From contig OZ024740.1 of the NCBI GenBank assembly GCA_964016885.1, positions 421,600,001-421,664,000 of the forward strand: a stretch of 64,000 bases of DNA, written 5' to 3'. Below are positions 11,328 to 25,100 of the stretch, in pieces. How positions within the stretch are numbered: the stretch's first letter is position 1; each line of letters starts with the position of its first letter. The notes beneath the pieces were generated by a model. The model did not search any database, was not told the origin of the DNA, and worked only from the letters and a program-made list of their open reading frames with translations. Origin of the DNA: Eledone cirrhosa. Taxonomy: Eukaryota. The position numbers and the translations under genes are program-made.

Positions 11328-12998
11328 ACACAGCATATGTCAAGACGGCATCCCTGTCAGAACAGCACAGCATATGTCAAGACGGCATCCCTGTCAGAAC
11401 AGCACACCATATGTCAAGACAGCATCCCTGTCAGAACAGCACACCATATGTCAAGACGGCATCCCTGTCAGAACAGCAGACCATATGTCAAGACGGCATC
11501 CCTGTCAGAACAGCACACCATATGTCAAGACAGCATCCCTGTCAGAACAGCACACCATATGTCAAGACGGCATCCCTGTCAGAACAGCAGACCATATGTC
11601 AAGACGGCATCCCTGTCAGAACAGCACAGCATATGTCAAGACGGCATCCCTGTCAGAACAGCACACCATATGTCAAGACGGCATCCCTGTCAGAACAGCA
11701 CAGCATATGTCAAGACGGCATCCCTGTCAGAACAGCACAGCATATGTCAAGACGGCATCCCTGTCAGAACAGCACACCATATGTCAAGACGGCATCCCTG
11801 TCAGAACAGCAGACCATATGTCAAGACGGCATCCCTGTCAGAACAGCACAGCATATGTCAAGACGGCATCCCTGTCAGAACAGCACACCATATGTCAAGA
11901 CGGCATCCCTGTCAGAACAGCACACCATATGTCAAGACGGCATCCCTGTCAGAACAGCACAGCATATGTCAAGACGGCATCCCTGTCAGAACAGCACACC
12001 ATATGTCAAGACAGCATCCCTGTCAGAACAGCACAGCATATGTCAAGACGGCATCCCTGTCAGAACAGCACAGCATATGTCAAGACGGCATCCCTGTCAG
12101 AACAGCACAGCATATGTCAAGATGACATCCCTGTCAGAACAGCACAGCATACGCCAGGACGGCATCCCTGTCAGAACAGCACACCATATGTCAAGACGGC
12201 ATCCCTGTCAGAACAGCACACCATATGTCAAGACGGCATCCCTGTCAGAACAGCACACCATATGTCAAGACGGCATCCCTGTCAGAACAGCACAGCATAT
12301 GTCAAGACAGCATCCCTGTCAGAACAGCACACCATATGTCAAGACGGCATCCCTGTCAGAACAGCACAGCATATGTCAAGACAGCATCCCTGTCAGAACA
12401 GCACACCATATGTCAACATGACATCCCTGTCAGAACAGCACAGCATATGTCAAGACGGCATCCCTGTCAGAACAGCACAGCATATGTCAAGATGACATCC
12501 CTGTCAGAACAGCACACCATATGTCAAGACGGCATCCCTGTCAGAACAGCACAGCATATGTCAAGATGACATCCCTGTCAGAACAGCACAGCATACGCCA
12601 GGACGGCATCCCTGTCAGAACAGCACACCATATGTCAAGACGGCATCCCTGTCAGAACAGCACACCATATGTCAAGACGGCATCCCTGTCAGAACAGCAC
12701 ACCATATGTCAAGACGGCATCCCTGTCAGAACAGCACACCATATGTCAAGACAGCATCCCTGTCAGAACAGCACACCATATGTCAAGATGACATCCCTGT
12801 CAGAACAGCACAGCATATGTCAAGACGGCATCCCTGTCAGAACAACACAGCATACGTCAAGATGACATCCCTGTCAGAACAGCACAGCATACGCCAGGAC
12901 GGCATCCCTCTCAGAACAGCACACCATATGTCAAGACAGCCGACCATGTCAGAACAGCACACCATATGTCAAGACAGCCGACCATGTCAGGATAGCAC
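11328..12998. repeat. 37-bp minisatellite, about 45 copies
   Basis: Unit catatgtcaagacggcatccctgtcagaacagcaca(c/g). Variants include gacagc, gatgac, cagacc and acgccagg. It degenerates at the right end, about 100 bp from the EZH exon donor. Confidence 0.97.
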
Positions 12999-13099
12999 CC
13001 TTCTGATTCCATCAGGAGTTAAAGCTCTCTCCTGTCTTCCTTTCTCTCAAGTCAAAAGTTGAAGTGGCTCTCTATCTAAATGTCAGCAAATAGACTTAC

Positions 13100-13194
13100 C
13101 TGTTCTTCTTTTTCTTTTTTCTAGGTGGTGTTTGAGTACGGTCTTCTTTTAAATCAGGAATGTGGGCAGTTTCTTTGATAGCAAACTGATAAAC
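13100..13194 (-). CDS. EZH2: Internal coding exon of Enhancer of zeste homolog (end of SANT2 region, TPPRKKK CDK-site/NLS motif)
   Basis: 95 nt, absent from the ORF track. Acceptor cacctttctatgtag|GTT, donor AG|gtaagt. Translates VYQFAIKETAHIPDLKEDRTQTPPRKKKKKN(R), matching EZH2 VYEFRVKE...DTPPRKKKRKHR. Splices in frame to 3750. Confidence 0.94.
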
Positions 13195-16100
13195 CTACAT
13201 AGAAAGGTGAATTAACTTAGATATATGTGTCATATTAAACCTACATAGAAAGGTGAATTAACTTAGATATATGTGTCATATTAAACCTAAATAGAAAGGT
13301 GTATTAACATAGATATATGTGTCATATTAAACCTACATAGAAAGGTGAATTAACTTAGATATATGTGTCATATTAAACCTACATAGAAAGGTGGATTAAC
13401 TTAGATATATGTGTCATATTAAACCTACATAGAAAGGTGGATTAACATAGATATATGTGTCATATTAAACCTACATGGAAAGGTGGATTAACATAGATAT
13501 ATGTGTCATATTAAACCTACATAGAAAGGTAAATGAACTTAGATATATGTGTCAAATTAAACCTACATAGAAAGGTGGATTAACTTAGATGTATGTGTCA
13601 TATTAAACCTACATAGAAAGGTGGATTAACATAGATATATGTGTCATATTAAACCTACATAGAAAGCTGGATAAATATAGATATATGTGTCATATTAAAC
13701 CTACATAGAAAGGTGGATTAACATAGATATATGTGTCATATTAAACCTACATAGAAAGGTGGATTAACATAGATATATGTGTCATATTAAACCTACATAG
13801 AAAGGTGGATTAACATAGATATATGTGTCATATTAAACCTACATAGAAAGGTGGATTAACATAGATATATGTGTCATATTAAACCTACATAGAAAGGTGG
13901 ATTAACATAGATATATGTGTCATATTAAACCTACATAGAAAGGTGGATTAACATAGATATATGTGTCATATTAAACCTACATAGAAAGGTGGATTAACCT
14001 AGATATATGTGTCATATTAAACCTACATAGAAAGGTGGATTAACTTAGATATATGTGTCATATTAAACCTACATAGAAAGGTGGATTAACTTAGATATAT
14101 GTGTCATATTAAACCTACACAGAAAGATGAATTAACTTAGATATATGTGTCATATTAAACCTACATAGAAAGGTGAATTAACTTAGATATATGTGTCATA
14201 TTAAACCTAAATAGAAAGGTGTATTAACATAGATATATGTGTCATATTAAACCTACATAGAAAGGTGAATTAACTTAGATATATGTGTCATATTAAACCT
14301 TCATGGAAAGGTGGATTAACATAGATATATGTGTCATATTAAACCTATATAGAAAGGTGGATTAACATAGATATATGTGTCATATTAAACCTACATAGAA
14401 AGGTGGATTAACAGATATATGTGTCATATTAAACCTACATAGAAAGGTGGATTAATATAGATATATGTGTCATATTAAACCTACATAGAAAGGTGGATTA
14501 ACATAGATATATGTGTCATATTAAACCTACATAGAAAGGTGGATTAACATAGATATATGTGTCATATTAAACCAACATAGAAAGGTGGATTAACATAGAT
14601 ATATGTGTCATATTAAACCTACATAGAAAGGTGCATTAACTTAGATATATGTGTCATATTAAACCTACATAGAAAGGTGGATTAACTTAGATATATGTGT
14701 CATATTAAACCTACATAGAAAGGTGAATTAACTTAGATATATGTGTCATATTAAACCTACATAGAAAGGTGAATTAACTTAGATATATGTGTCATATTAA
14801 ACCTACATGGAAAGGTGGATTAACATAGATATATGTGTCATATTAAACCTACATAGAAAGGTGGATTAACAGATATATGTGTCATATTAAACCTACATAG
14901 AAAGGTGGAGTAGCATAGATATATGTGTCATATTAAACCTACATAGAAAGGTGAATTAACTTAGATATATGTGTCATATTAAACCTACATGGAAAGGTGG
15001 ATTAACATAGATATATGTGTCATATTAAACCTACATAGAAAGGTGGATTAACAGATATATGTGTCATATTAAACCTACATAGAAAGGGGGAGTAGCATAG
15101 ATATATGTGTCATATTAAACCTACATAGAAAGGTGAATTAACTTAGATATATGTGTCATATTAAACCTACATGGAAAGGTGGATTAACATAGATATATGT
15201 GTCATATTAAACCTACATAGAAAGGTAAATTAACTTAGATATATGTGTCAAATTAAACCTACATAGAAAGGTGGATTAACTTAGATATATGTGTCATATT
15301 AAACCTACATAGAAAGGTGGATTAACATAGATATATGTGTCATATTAAACCTACATAGAAAGGTGGATTAACATAGATATATGTGTCATATTAAACCTAC
15401 ATATAAAGGTGAATTAACATAGATATATGTGTCATATTAAACCTACATAGAAAGGTGGATTAACATAGATATATGTGTCATATTAAACCTACATAGAAAG
15501 GTGGATTAACATAGATATATGTGTCATATTAAACCTACATGGAAAGGTGGATTAACATAGATATATGTGTCATATTAAACCTACATAGAAAGGTGGATTA
15601 ACATAGATATATGTCATATTAAACCTACATAGAAAGGTGAATTAACTTAGATATATGTGTCATATTAAACCTACATAGAAAGGTGGATTAACTTAGATAT
15701 ATGTGTCATATTAAACCTACATAGAAAGGTGAATTAACTTAGATATATGTGTGTCATATTAAACCTATATAGAAAGGTAGATTAACTTAGATATATGTGT
15801 CATATTAAACCTACATAGAAAGGTGGATTAACATAGATATATGTGTCATATTAAACCTACATAGAAAGGTGAATTAACTTAGATATATGTGTCATATTAA
15901 ACCTACATAGAAAGGTGGATTAAATTAGATATATGTGTCATATTAAACCTACATAGAAAGGTGGATTAACTGAGATATATGTGTCATATTAAACCTACAT
16001 TGAAAGGTGAATTAACATAGATATATGTGTCATATTAAACCTGCATAGAAAGGTGGATTAACATAGATATATGTGTCATATTAAACCTACATAGAAAGGT

Positions 16101-19100
16101 GGATTAACATAGATATATGTGTCATATTAAACCTACATAGAAAGGTGAATTAACTTAGATATATGTGTCATATTAAACCTACATAGAAAGGTGGATTAAA
16201 TTAGATATATGTGTCACATTAAACCTACATAGAAAGGTGGATTAACTGAGATATATGTGTCATATTAAACCTACATTGAAAGGTGAATTAACATAGATAT
16301 ATGTGTCATATTAAACCTGCATAGAAAGGTGGATTAACATAGATATATGTGTCATATTAAACCTACATAGAAAGGTGGATTAACTTAGATATATGTGTCG
16401 TATTAAACCTACATAGAAAGGTGGATTAACATAGATATATGTGTCATATTAAACCTACATAGAAAGGTGGATTAACATAGATATATGTGTCATATTAAAC
16501 CTACATAGAAAGGTGGATTAACATAGATATATGTGTCATATTAAACCTACATAGAAAGGTGAATTAACTTAGATATATGTGTCATATTAAACCTACATAG
16601 AAAGGTGGATTAACTTAGATATATGTGTCATATTAAACCTACATAGAAAGGTGGATTAACTTAGATATATGTGTCATATTAAACCTACAGAGAAAGATGA
16701 ATTAACTTAGATATATGTGTCATATTAAACCTACATAGAAAGGTGAATTAACATAGATATATGTGTCATATTAAACCTTCATGGAAAGGTGGATTAACAT
16801 AGATATATGTGTCATATTAAACCTACATAGAAAGGTGGATTAACATAGATATATTTGTCATATTAAACCTACATATAAAGGTGGATTAACATAGATATAT
16901 GTGTCATATTAAACCTACATAGAAAGGTGAATTAACTTAGATATATGTGTCATATTAAACCTACATAGAAAGGTGAATTAACTTAGATATATGTGTCATA
17001 TTAAACCTACATAGAAAGGAGGATTAACTTAGATATATGTGTCATATTAAACCTACATAGAAAGGTGAATTAACTTAGATATATGTGTCATATTAAACCT
17101 ACATGGAAAGGTGGATTAACATAGATATATGTGTCATATTAAACCTACATAGAAAGGTGGATTAACATAGATATATGTGTCATATTAAACCTACATAGAA
17201 AGCTGGATAAATATAGATATATGTGTCATATTAAACCTACATAGAAAGGTGGATTAACATAGATATATGTGTCATATTAAACCTACATAGAAAGGTGGAT
17301 TAACATAGATATATGTGTCATATTAAACCTACATAGAAAGGTGGATTAACATAGATATATGTGTCATATTAAACCTACATAGAAAGGTGGATTAACATAG
17401 ATATATGTGTCATATTAAACCTACATAGAAAGGTGGATTAACATAGATATATGTGTCATATTAAACCTACATAGAAAGGTGGATTAACATAGATATATGT
17501 GACATATTAAACCTACATAGAAAGGTGGATTAACCTAGATATATGTGTCATATTAAACCTACATAGAAAGGTGAATTAACTTAGATATATGTGTCATATT
17601 AAACCTACATAGAAAGGTGGATTAAATTAGATATATGTGTCATATTAAACCTACATAGAAAGGTGGATTAACTGAGATATATGTGTCATATTAAACCTAC
17701 ATTGAAAGGTGAATTAACATAGATATATGTGTCATATTAAACCTGCATAGAAAGGTGGATTAACATAGATATATGTGTCATATTAAACCTACATAGAAAG
17801 GTGGATTAACTTAGATATATGTGTCATATTAAACCTACATAGAAAGGTGGATTAACATAGATATATCTGTCATATAAAACCTACATAGAAAGGAGGATTA
17901 ACTTAGATATATGTGTCATATTAAACCTACATAGAAAGGTGGATGAACATAGATATATGCGTCATATTAAACCTACATAGAAAGGTGGATTAACATAGAT
18001 ATAAGTGTCATATTAAACCTACAGAGAAAGGTGGATTAACTTAGATATATGTGTCATATTAAACCTATATAGAAAGGTGAATTAACTTCGATATATGTGT
18101 CATATTAAACCTACATAGAAAGGTGGATTAACTTAGATATATGTGTCATATTAAACCTACATAGAAAGGTGAATTAACTTAGATATATGTGTCATATTAA
18201 ACCTAAATAGAAAGGTGGATTAACATAGATATATGTGTCATATTAAACCTACATAGAAAGGTGAATTAACTTAGATATATGTGTCATATTAAACCTACAT
18301 GGAAAGGTGGATTAACATAGATATATGTGTCATATTAAACCTACATAGAAAGGTGGATTAACATAGATATATGTGTCATATTAAACCTACATAGAAAGCT
18401 GGATAAATATAGATATATGTGTCATATTAAACCTACATAGAAAGGTGGATTAACATAGATATATGTGTCATATTAAACCTACATAGAAAGGTGGATTAAC
18501 ATAGATATATGTGTCATATTAAACCTACATAGAAAGGTGGATTAACATAGATATATGTGTCATATTAAACCTACATAGAAAGGTGGATTAACATAGATAT
18601 ATGTGTCATATTAAACCTACATAGAAAGGTGGATTAACATAGATATATGTGTCATATTAAACCTACATAGAAAGGCGGATTAACATAGATATATGTGTCA
18701 TATTAAACCTACATAGAAAGGTGGATTAACCTAGATATATGTGTCATATTAAACCTACATAGAAAGGTGGATCAACTTAGATATATGTGTCATATTAAAC
18801 CTACATAGAAAGGTGGATTAACTTAGATATATGTGTCATATTAAACCTACACAGAAAGATGAATTAACTTAGATATATGTGTCATATTAAACCTACATAG
18901 AAAGGTGAATTAACTTAGATATATGTGTCATATTAAACCTAAATAGAAAGGTGTATTAACATAGATATATGTGTCATATTAAACCTACATAGAAAGGTGA
19001 ATTAACTTAGATATATGTGTCATATTAAACCTTCATGGAAAGGTGGATTAACATAGATATATGTGTCATATTAAACCTACATAGAAAGGTGGATTAACAT

Positions 19101-22100
19101 AGATATATGTGTCATATTAAACCTACATAGAAAGGTGGATTAACATAGATATATGTGTCATATTAAACCTACATAGAAAGGTGGATTAATATAGATATAT
19201 GTGTCATATTAAACCTACATAGAAAGGTGGATTAACATAGATATATGTGTCATATTAAACCTACATAGAAAGGTGGATTAACATAGATATATGTGTCATA
19301 TTAAACCTACATAGAAAGGTGCATTAACTTAGATATATGTGTCATATTAAACCTACATAGAAAGGTGGATTAACTTAGATATATGTGTCATATTAAACCT
19401 ACATAGAAAGGTGAATTAACTTAGATATATGTGTCATATTAAACCTACATAGAAAGGTGAATTAACTTAGATATATGTGTCATATTAAACCTACATGGAA
19501 AGGTGGATTAAAATAGATATATGTGTCATATTAAACCTACATAGAAAGGTGGATTAACAGATATATGTGTCATATTAAACCTACATAGAAAGGTGAATTA
19601 ACTTAGATATATGTGTCATATTAAACTTACATGGAAAGGTGGATTAACATAGATATATGTGTCATATTAAACCTACATAGAAAGGTAAATTAACTTAGAT
19701 ATATGTGTCAAATTAAACCTACATAGAAAGGTGGATTAACTTAGATATATGTGTCATATTAAACCTATATAGAAAGGTGGATTAACATAGATATATGTGT
19801 CATATTAAACCTACATAGAAAGGTGGATTAACATAGATATATGTGTCATATTAAACCTACATATAAAGGTGAATTAACATAGATATATGTGTCATATTAA
19901 ACCTACATAGAAAGGTGGATTAACATAGATATATGTGTCATATTAAACCTACATAGAAAGGTGGATTAACATAGATATATGTGTCATATTAAACCTACAT
20001 AGAAAGGTGGATTAACATAGATATATGTCATGTTAAACCTACATAGAAAGGTGAATTAACTTAGATATATGTGTCATATTAAACCTACATAGAAAGGTGG
20101 ATTAACTTAGATATATGTCATATTAAACCTACATAGAAAGGTGAATTAACTTAGATATATGTGTCATATTAAACCTACATAGAAAGGTGGATTAACATAG
20201 ATATATGTGTCATATTAAACCTACATAGAAAGGTGGATTAACTGAGATATATGTGTCATATTAAACCTACATTGAAAGGTGAATTAACATAGATATATGT
20301 GTCATATTAAACCTGCATAGAAAGGTGGATTAACATAGATATATGTGTCATATTAAACCTACATAGAAAGGTGGATTAACATAGATATATGTGTCATATT
20401 AAACCTACATAGAAAGGTGAATTAACTTAGATATATGTGTGTCATATTAAACCTATATAGAAAGGTGGATTAACTTAGATATATGTGTCATATTAAACCT
20501 ACATAGAAAGGTGGATTAACATAGATATATGTGTCATATTAAACCTACATAGAAAGGTGAATTAACTTAGATATATGTGTCATATTAAACCTACATAGAA
20601 AGGTGGATTAAATTAGATATATGTGTCATATTAAACCTACATAGAAAGGTGGATTAACTGAGATATATGTGTCATATTAAACCTACATTGAAAGGTGAAT
20701 TAACATAGATATATGTGTCATATTAAACCCGCATAGAAAGGTGGATTAACATAGATATATGTGTCATATTAAACCTACATAGAAAGGTGGATTAACATAG
20801 ATATATGTGTCATATTAAACCTACATAGAAAGGTGAATTAACTTAGATATATGTGTCATATTAAACCTACATAGAAAGGTGAATTAACTTAGATATATGT
20901 GTCATATTAAACCTACATAGAAAGGTGGATTAACATAGATATATGTGTCATATTAAACCTACATAGAAAGGTGAATTAACTGAGATATATGTGTCATATT
21001 AAACCAACATAGAAAGGTGGATTAACATAGATATACGTGTCATATTAAACCTACATAGAAAGGTGAATTAACTTAGATATATGTGTCATATTAAACCTAC
21101 ATAGAAAGGTGGATTAATATAGATATATGTGTCATATTAAACCTACATAGAAAGGTGGATTAACATAGATATATGTGTCATATTAAACCTATATAGAAAG
21201 GTGAATTAACTTAGATATATGTGTCATATTAAACCTACATAGAAAGGTGGATTAACTTAGATATATGTGTCATATTAAACCTACATAGAAAGGTGAATTA
21301 ACATAGATATATGTGTCATATTAAACCTACATAGAAAGGTGGAGTAACATAGATATATGTGTCATATTAAACCTACATAGAAAGGTGGATTAACATAGAT
21401 ATATGTGTCATATTAAACCTACATAGAAAGGTGAATTAACATAGATATATGTGTCATATTAAACCTACATAGAAAGGTGGATTAACATAGATATATGTGT
21501 CATATTAAACCTACATAGAAAGGTGGATTAACATAGATATATGTGACATATTAAACCTACATAGAAAGGTGGATTAACATAGATATATGTGTCATATTAA
21601 ACCTACATAGAAAGGTGGATTAACATAGATATATGTGTCATATTAAACCTACATAGAAAGGTGGATTAACATAGATATATGTGTCATATTAAACCTACAT
21701 AGAAAGGTGGATTAACATAGATATATGTGTCATATTAAACCTACATAGAAAGGTGAATTAACTTAGATATATGTGTCATATTAAACCTACATAGAAAGGT
21801 GCATTAACTTAGATATGTGTGTCATATTAAACCTAAATAGAAAGGTGGATTAACATAGATATATGTGTCATATAAACCTACATAGAAAGGTGAATTAACT
21901 TAGATATGTGTCATATTAAACCTTCATGGAAAGGTGGATTAACATAGATATATGTGTCATATTAAACCTACATAGAAAGGTGGATTAACATAGATATATG
22001 TGTCATATTAAACCTACATAGAAAGGTGGAGTAACATAGATATATGTGTCATATTAAACCTACATAGAAAGGTGGATTAACATAGATATATGTGTCATAT

Positions 22101-25100
22101 TAAACCAACATAGAAAGGTGGATTAACATAGATATACGTGTCATATTAAACCTACATAGAAAGGTGAATTAACTTCGATATATGTGTCATATTAAACCTA
22201 CATAGAAAGGTGGATTAACTTAGATATGTGTCATATTAAACCTTCATAGAAAGGTGGATTAACTTAGATTATATGTGTCATATTAAACCTACATAGAAAG
22301 GTGGATTAACATAGATATATGTGTCATATTAAACCTACATAGAAAGGTGGATTAACATAGATATATGTGTCATATTAAACCTACATAGAAAGGTGAATTA
22401 ACTTAGATATATGTGTCATATTAAACCTACATAGAAAGGTGAATTAACTTAGATATATGTGTCACATTAAACCTACATAGAAAGGTGGATTAACATAGAT
22501 ATATGTGTCATATTAAACCTACATAGAAAGATGAATTAACTTAGATATATGTGTCATATTAAACCTACATAGAAAGGTGAATTAACTTAGATATATGTGT
22601 CATATTAAACCTACATAGAAAGGTGGATTAACTTAGATATGTGTGTCATATTAAACCTACATAGAAAGGTGAATTAACTTAGATATATGTGTCATATTAA
22701 ACCTAAATAGAAAGGTGGATTAACATAGATATATGTGTCATATTAAACCTACATAGAAAGGTGGATTAACATAGATATATGTGTCATATTAAACCTACAT
22801 AGAAAGGTGAATTAACTTAGATATATGTGTCATATTAAACCTTCATGGAAAGGTGGATTAACATAGATATATGTGTCATATTAAACCTACATAGAAAGGT
22901 GAATTAACATAGATATATGTGTCATATTAAACCTACATAGAAAGGTGGATTAACTTAGATATATGTGTCATATTAAACCAACATAGAAAGGTGGATTAAC
23001 ATAGATATATGTGTCATATTAAATCTACATAGAAAGGTGGATTAACTTAGATATATGTGTCATATTAAACCTACATAGAAAGGTGGATTAACTTAGATAT
23101 ATGTGTCATATCAAACCTACATAGAAAGGTGAATTAACTTAGATATATGTGTCATATTAAACCTACATAGAAAGGTGAATTAACTTAGATATATGTGTCA
23201 CATTAAACCTACATAGAAAGGTGGATTAACATAGATATATGTGTCATATTAAACCTACATAGAAAGGTGGATTAACATAGATATATGTGTCATATTAAAC
23301 CTACATAGAAAGATGAATTAACATAGATATATGTGTCATATTAAACCTACATAGAAAGGTGGATTAACTTAGATATATGTGTCATATTAAACCAACATAG
23401 AAAGGTGGATTAACATAGATATATGTGTCATATTAAACCTTCATAGAAAGGTGGATTAACTTAGATATGTGTGTCATATTAAACCTAAATAGAAGGGTGG
23501 ATTAACATAGATATATGTGTCATATTAAACCTACATAGAAAGCTGAATTAACTTAGATATATGTGTCATATTAAACCTACATAGAAAGGTGAATTAACTT
23601 AGATATATGTGTCATATTAAACCTTCATGGAAAGGTGGATTAACATAGATATATGTGTCATATTAAACCTACATAGAAAGGTGGATTAACATAGATATAT
23701 GTGTCATATTAAACCTACATAGAAAGGTGGATTAACATAGATATATGTGTCATATTAAACCTACATAGAAAGGTGAATTAACATAGATATATGTGTCATA
23801 TTAAACCTACATAGAAAGGTGGATTAACATAGATATATGTGTCATATTAAACCTACATAGAAAGGTGGATTAACATAGATATATGTGTCATATTAAACCT
23901 ACATAGAAAGGTGGATTAACATAGATATATGTGTCATATTAAACCTACATAGAAAGGTGGATTAACATAGATATATGTGTCATATTAAACCTACATAGAA
24001 AGGTGGACTAACATAGATATATGTGTCATACTAAACCTACATAGAAAGGTGGATTAACATAGATATATGTGTCATATTAAACCTACATACAAAGGTGAAT
24101 TAACTTAGATATATGTGTCATATTAAACCTACATAGAAAGGTGGATTAACTTAGATATGTGTGTCATATTAAACCTAAATAGAAAGGTGGATTAACATAG
24201 ATATATGTCATATTAAACCTACATAGAAAGGTGAATTAACTTAGATATGTGTCATATTAAACCTTCATGGAAAGGTGGATTAACATAGATATATGTGTCA
24301 TATTAAACCTACATAGAAAGCTGAATCAACTTAGATATATGTGTCATATTAAACCTACATAGAAAGGTGAATTAAGTTAGATATATGTGTCATATTAAAC
24401 CTACATAGAAGGGTGGATTAACATAGATATATGTGTCATATTAAACCTACATAGAAAGCTGAATCAACTTAGATATATGTGTCATATTAAACCTACATAG
24501 AAAGGTGAATTAAGTTAGATATATGTGTCATATTAAACCTACATAGAAAGGTGAATTAACTTAGATATATGTGTCATATTAAACCTACATAGAAAGGTGG
24601 ATTAACATAGATATATGTGTCATATTAAACCTACATAGAAAGGTGAATTAACTTAGATATGTGTCATATTAAACCTTCATGGAAAGGTGGATTAACATAG
24701 ATATATGTGTCATATTAAACCTACATAGAAAGGTGGATTAACATAGATATATGTGTCATATTAAACCAACATAGAAAGGTGGATTAACATAGATATACGT
24801 GTCATATTAAACCTACATAGAAAGGTGAATTAACTTAGATATATGTGTCATATTAAACCTACATAGAAAGGTGGATTAACATAGATATATGTGTCATATT
24901 AAACCTACATAGAAAGGTGGATTAACTTAGATATATGTGTCATATTAAACCTACATAGAAAGATGAATGAACTTAGATATATGTGTCATATTAAACCTAC
25001 ATAGAAAGGTGAATTAACTTAGATATATGTGTCATATTAAACCTACATAGAAAGGTGAATTAACTTAGATATATGTGTCATATTAAACCTACATAGAAAG

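Noticed and set aside
11278-13062. Long ORFs (up to 405 aa) with His/Cys-rich repeats
   Set aside because: Artefact of a stop-free 37-bp unit. All three frames give the same permuted peptide, the ORFs are antisense to the host gene, and variants introduce stops at random.
13223-13235. ATATG-tgt-CATAT mini-hairpin in each 46-mer
   Set aside because: A 5-bp AT-rich stem with a 3-nt loop is expected by chance and too unstable to support a structural claim.
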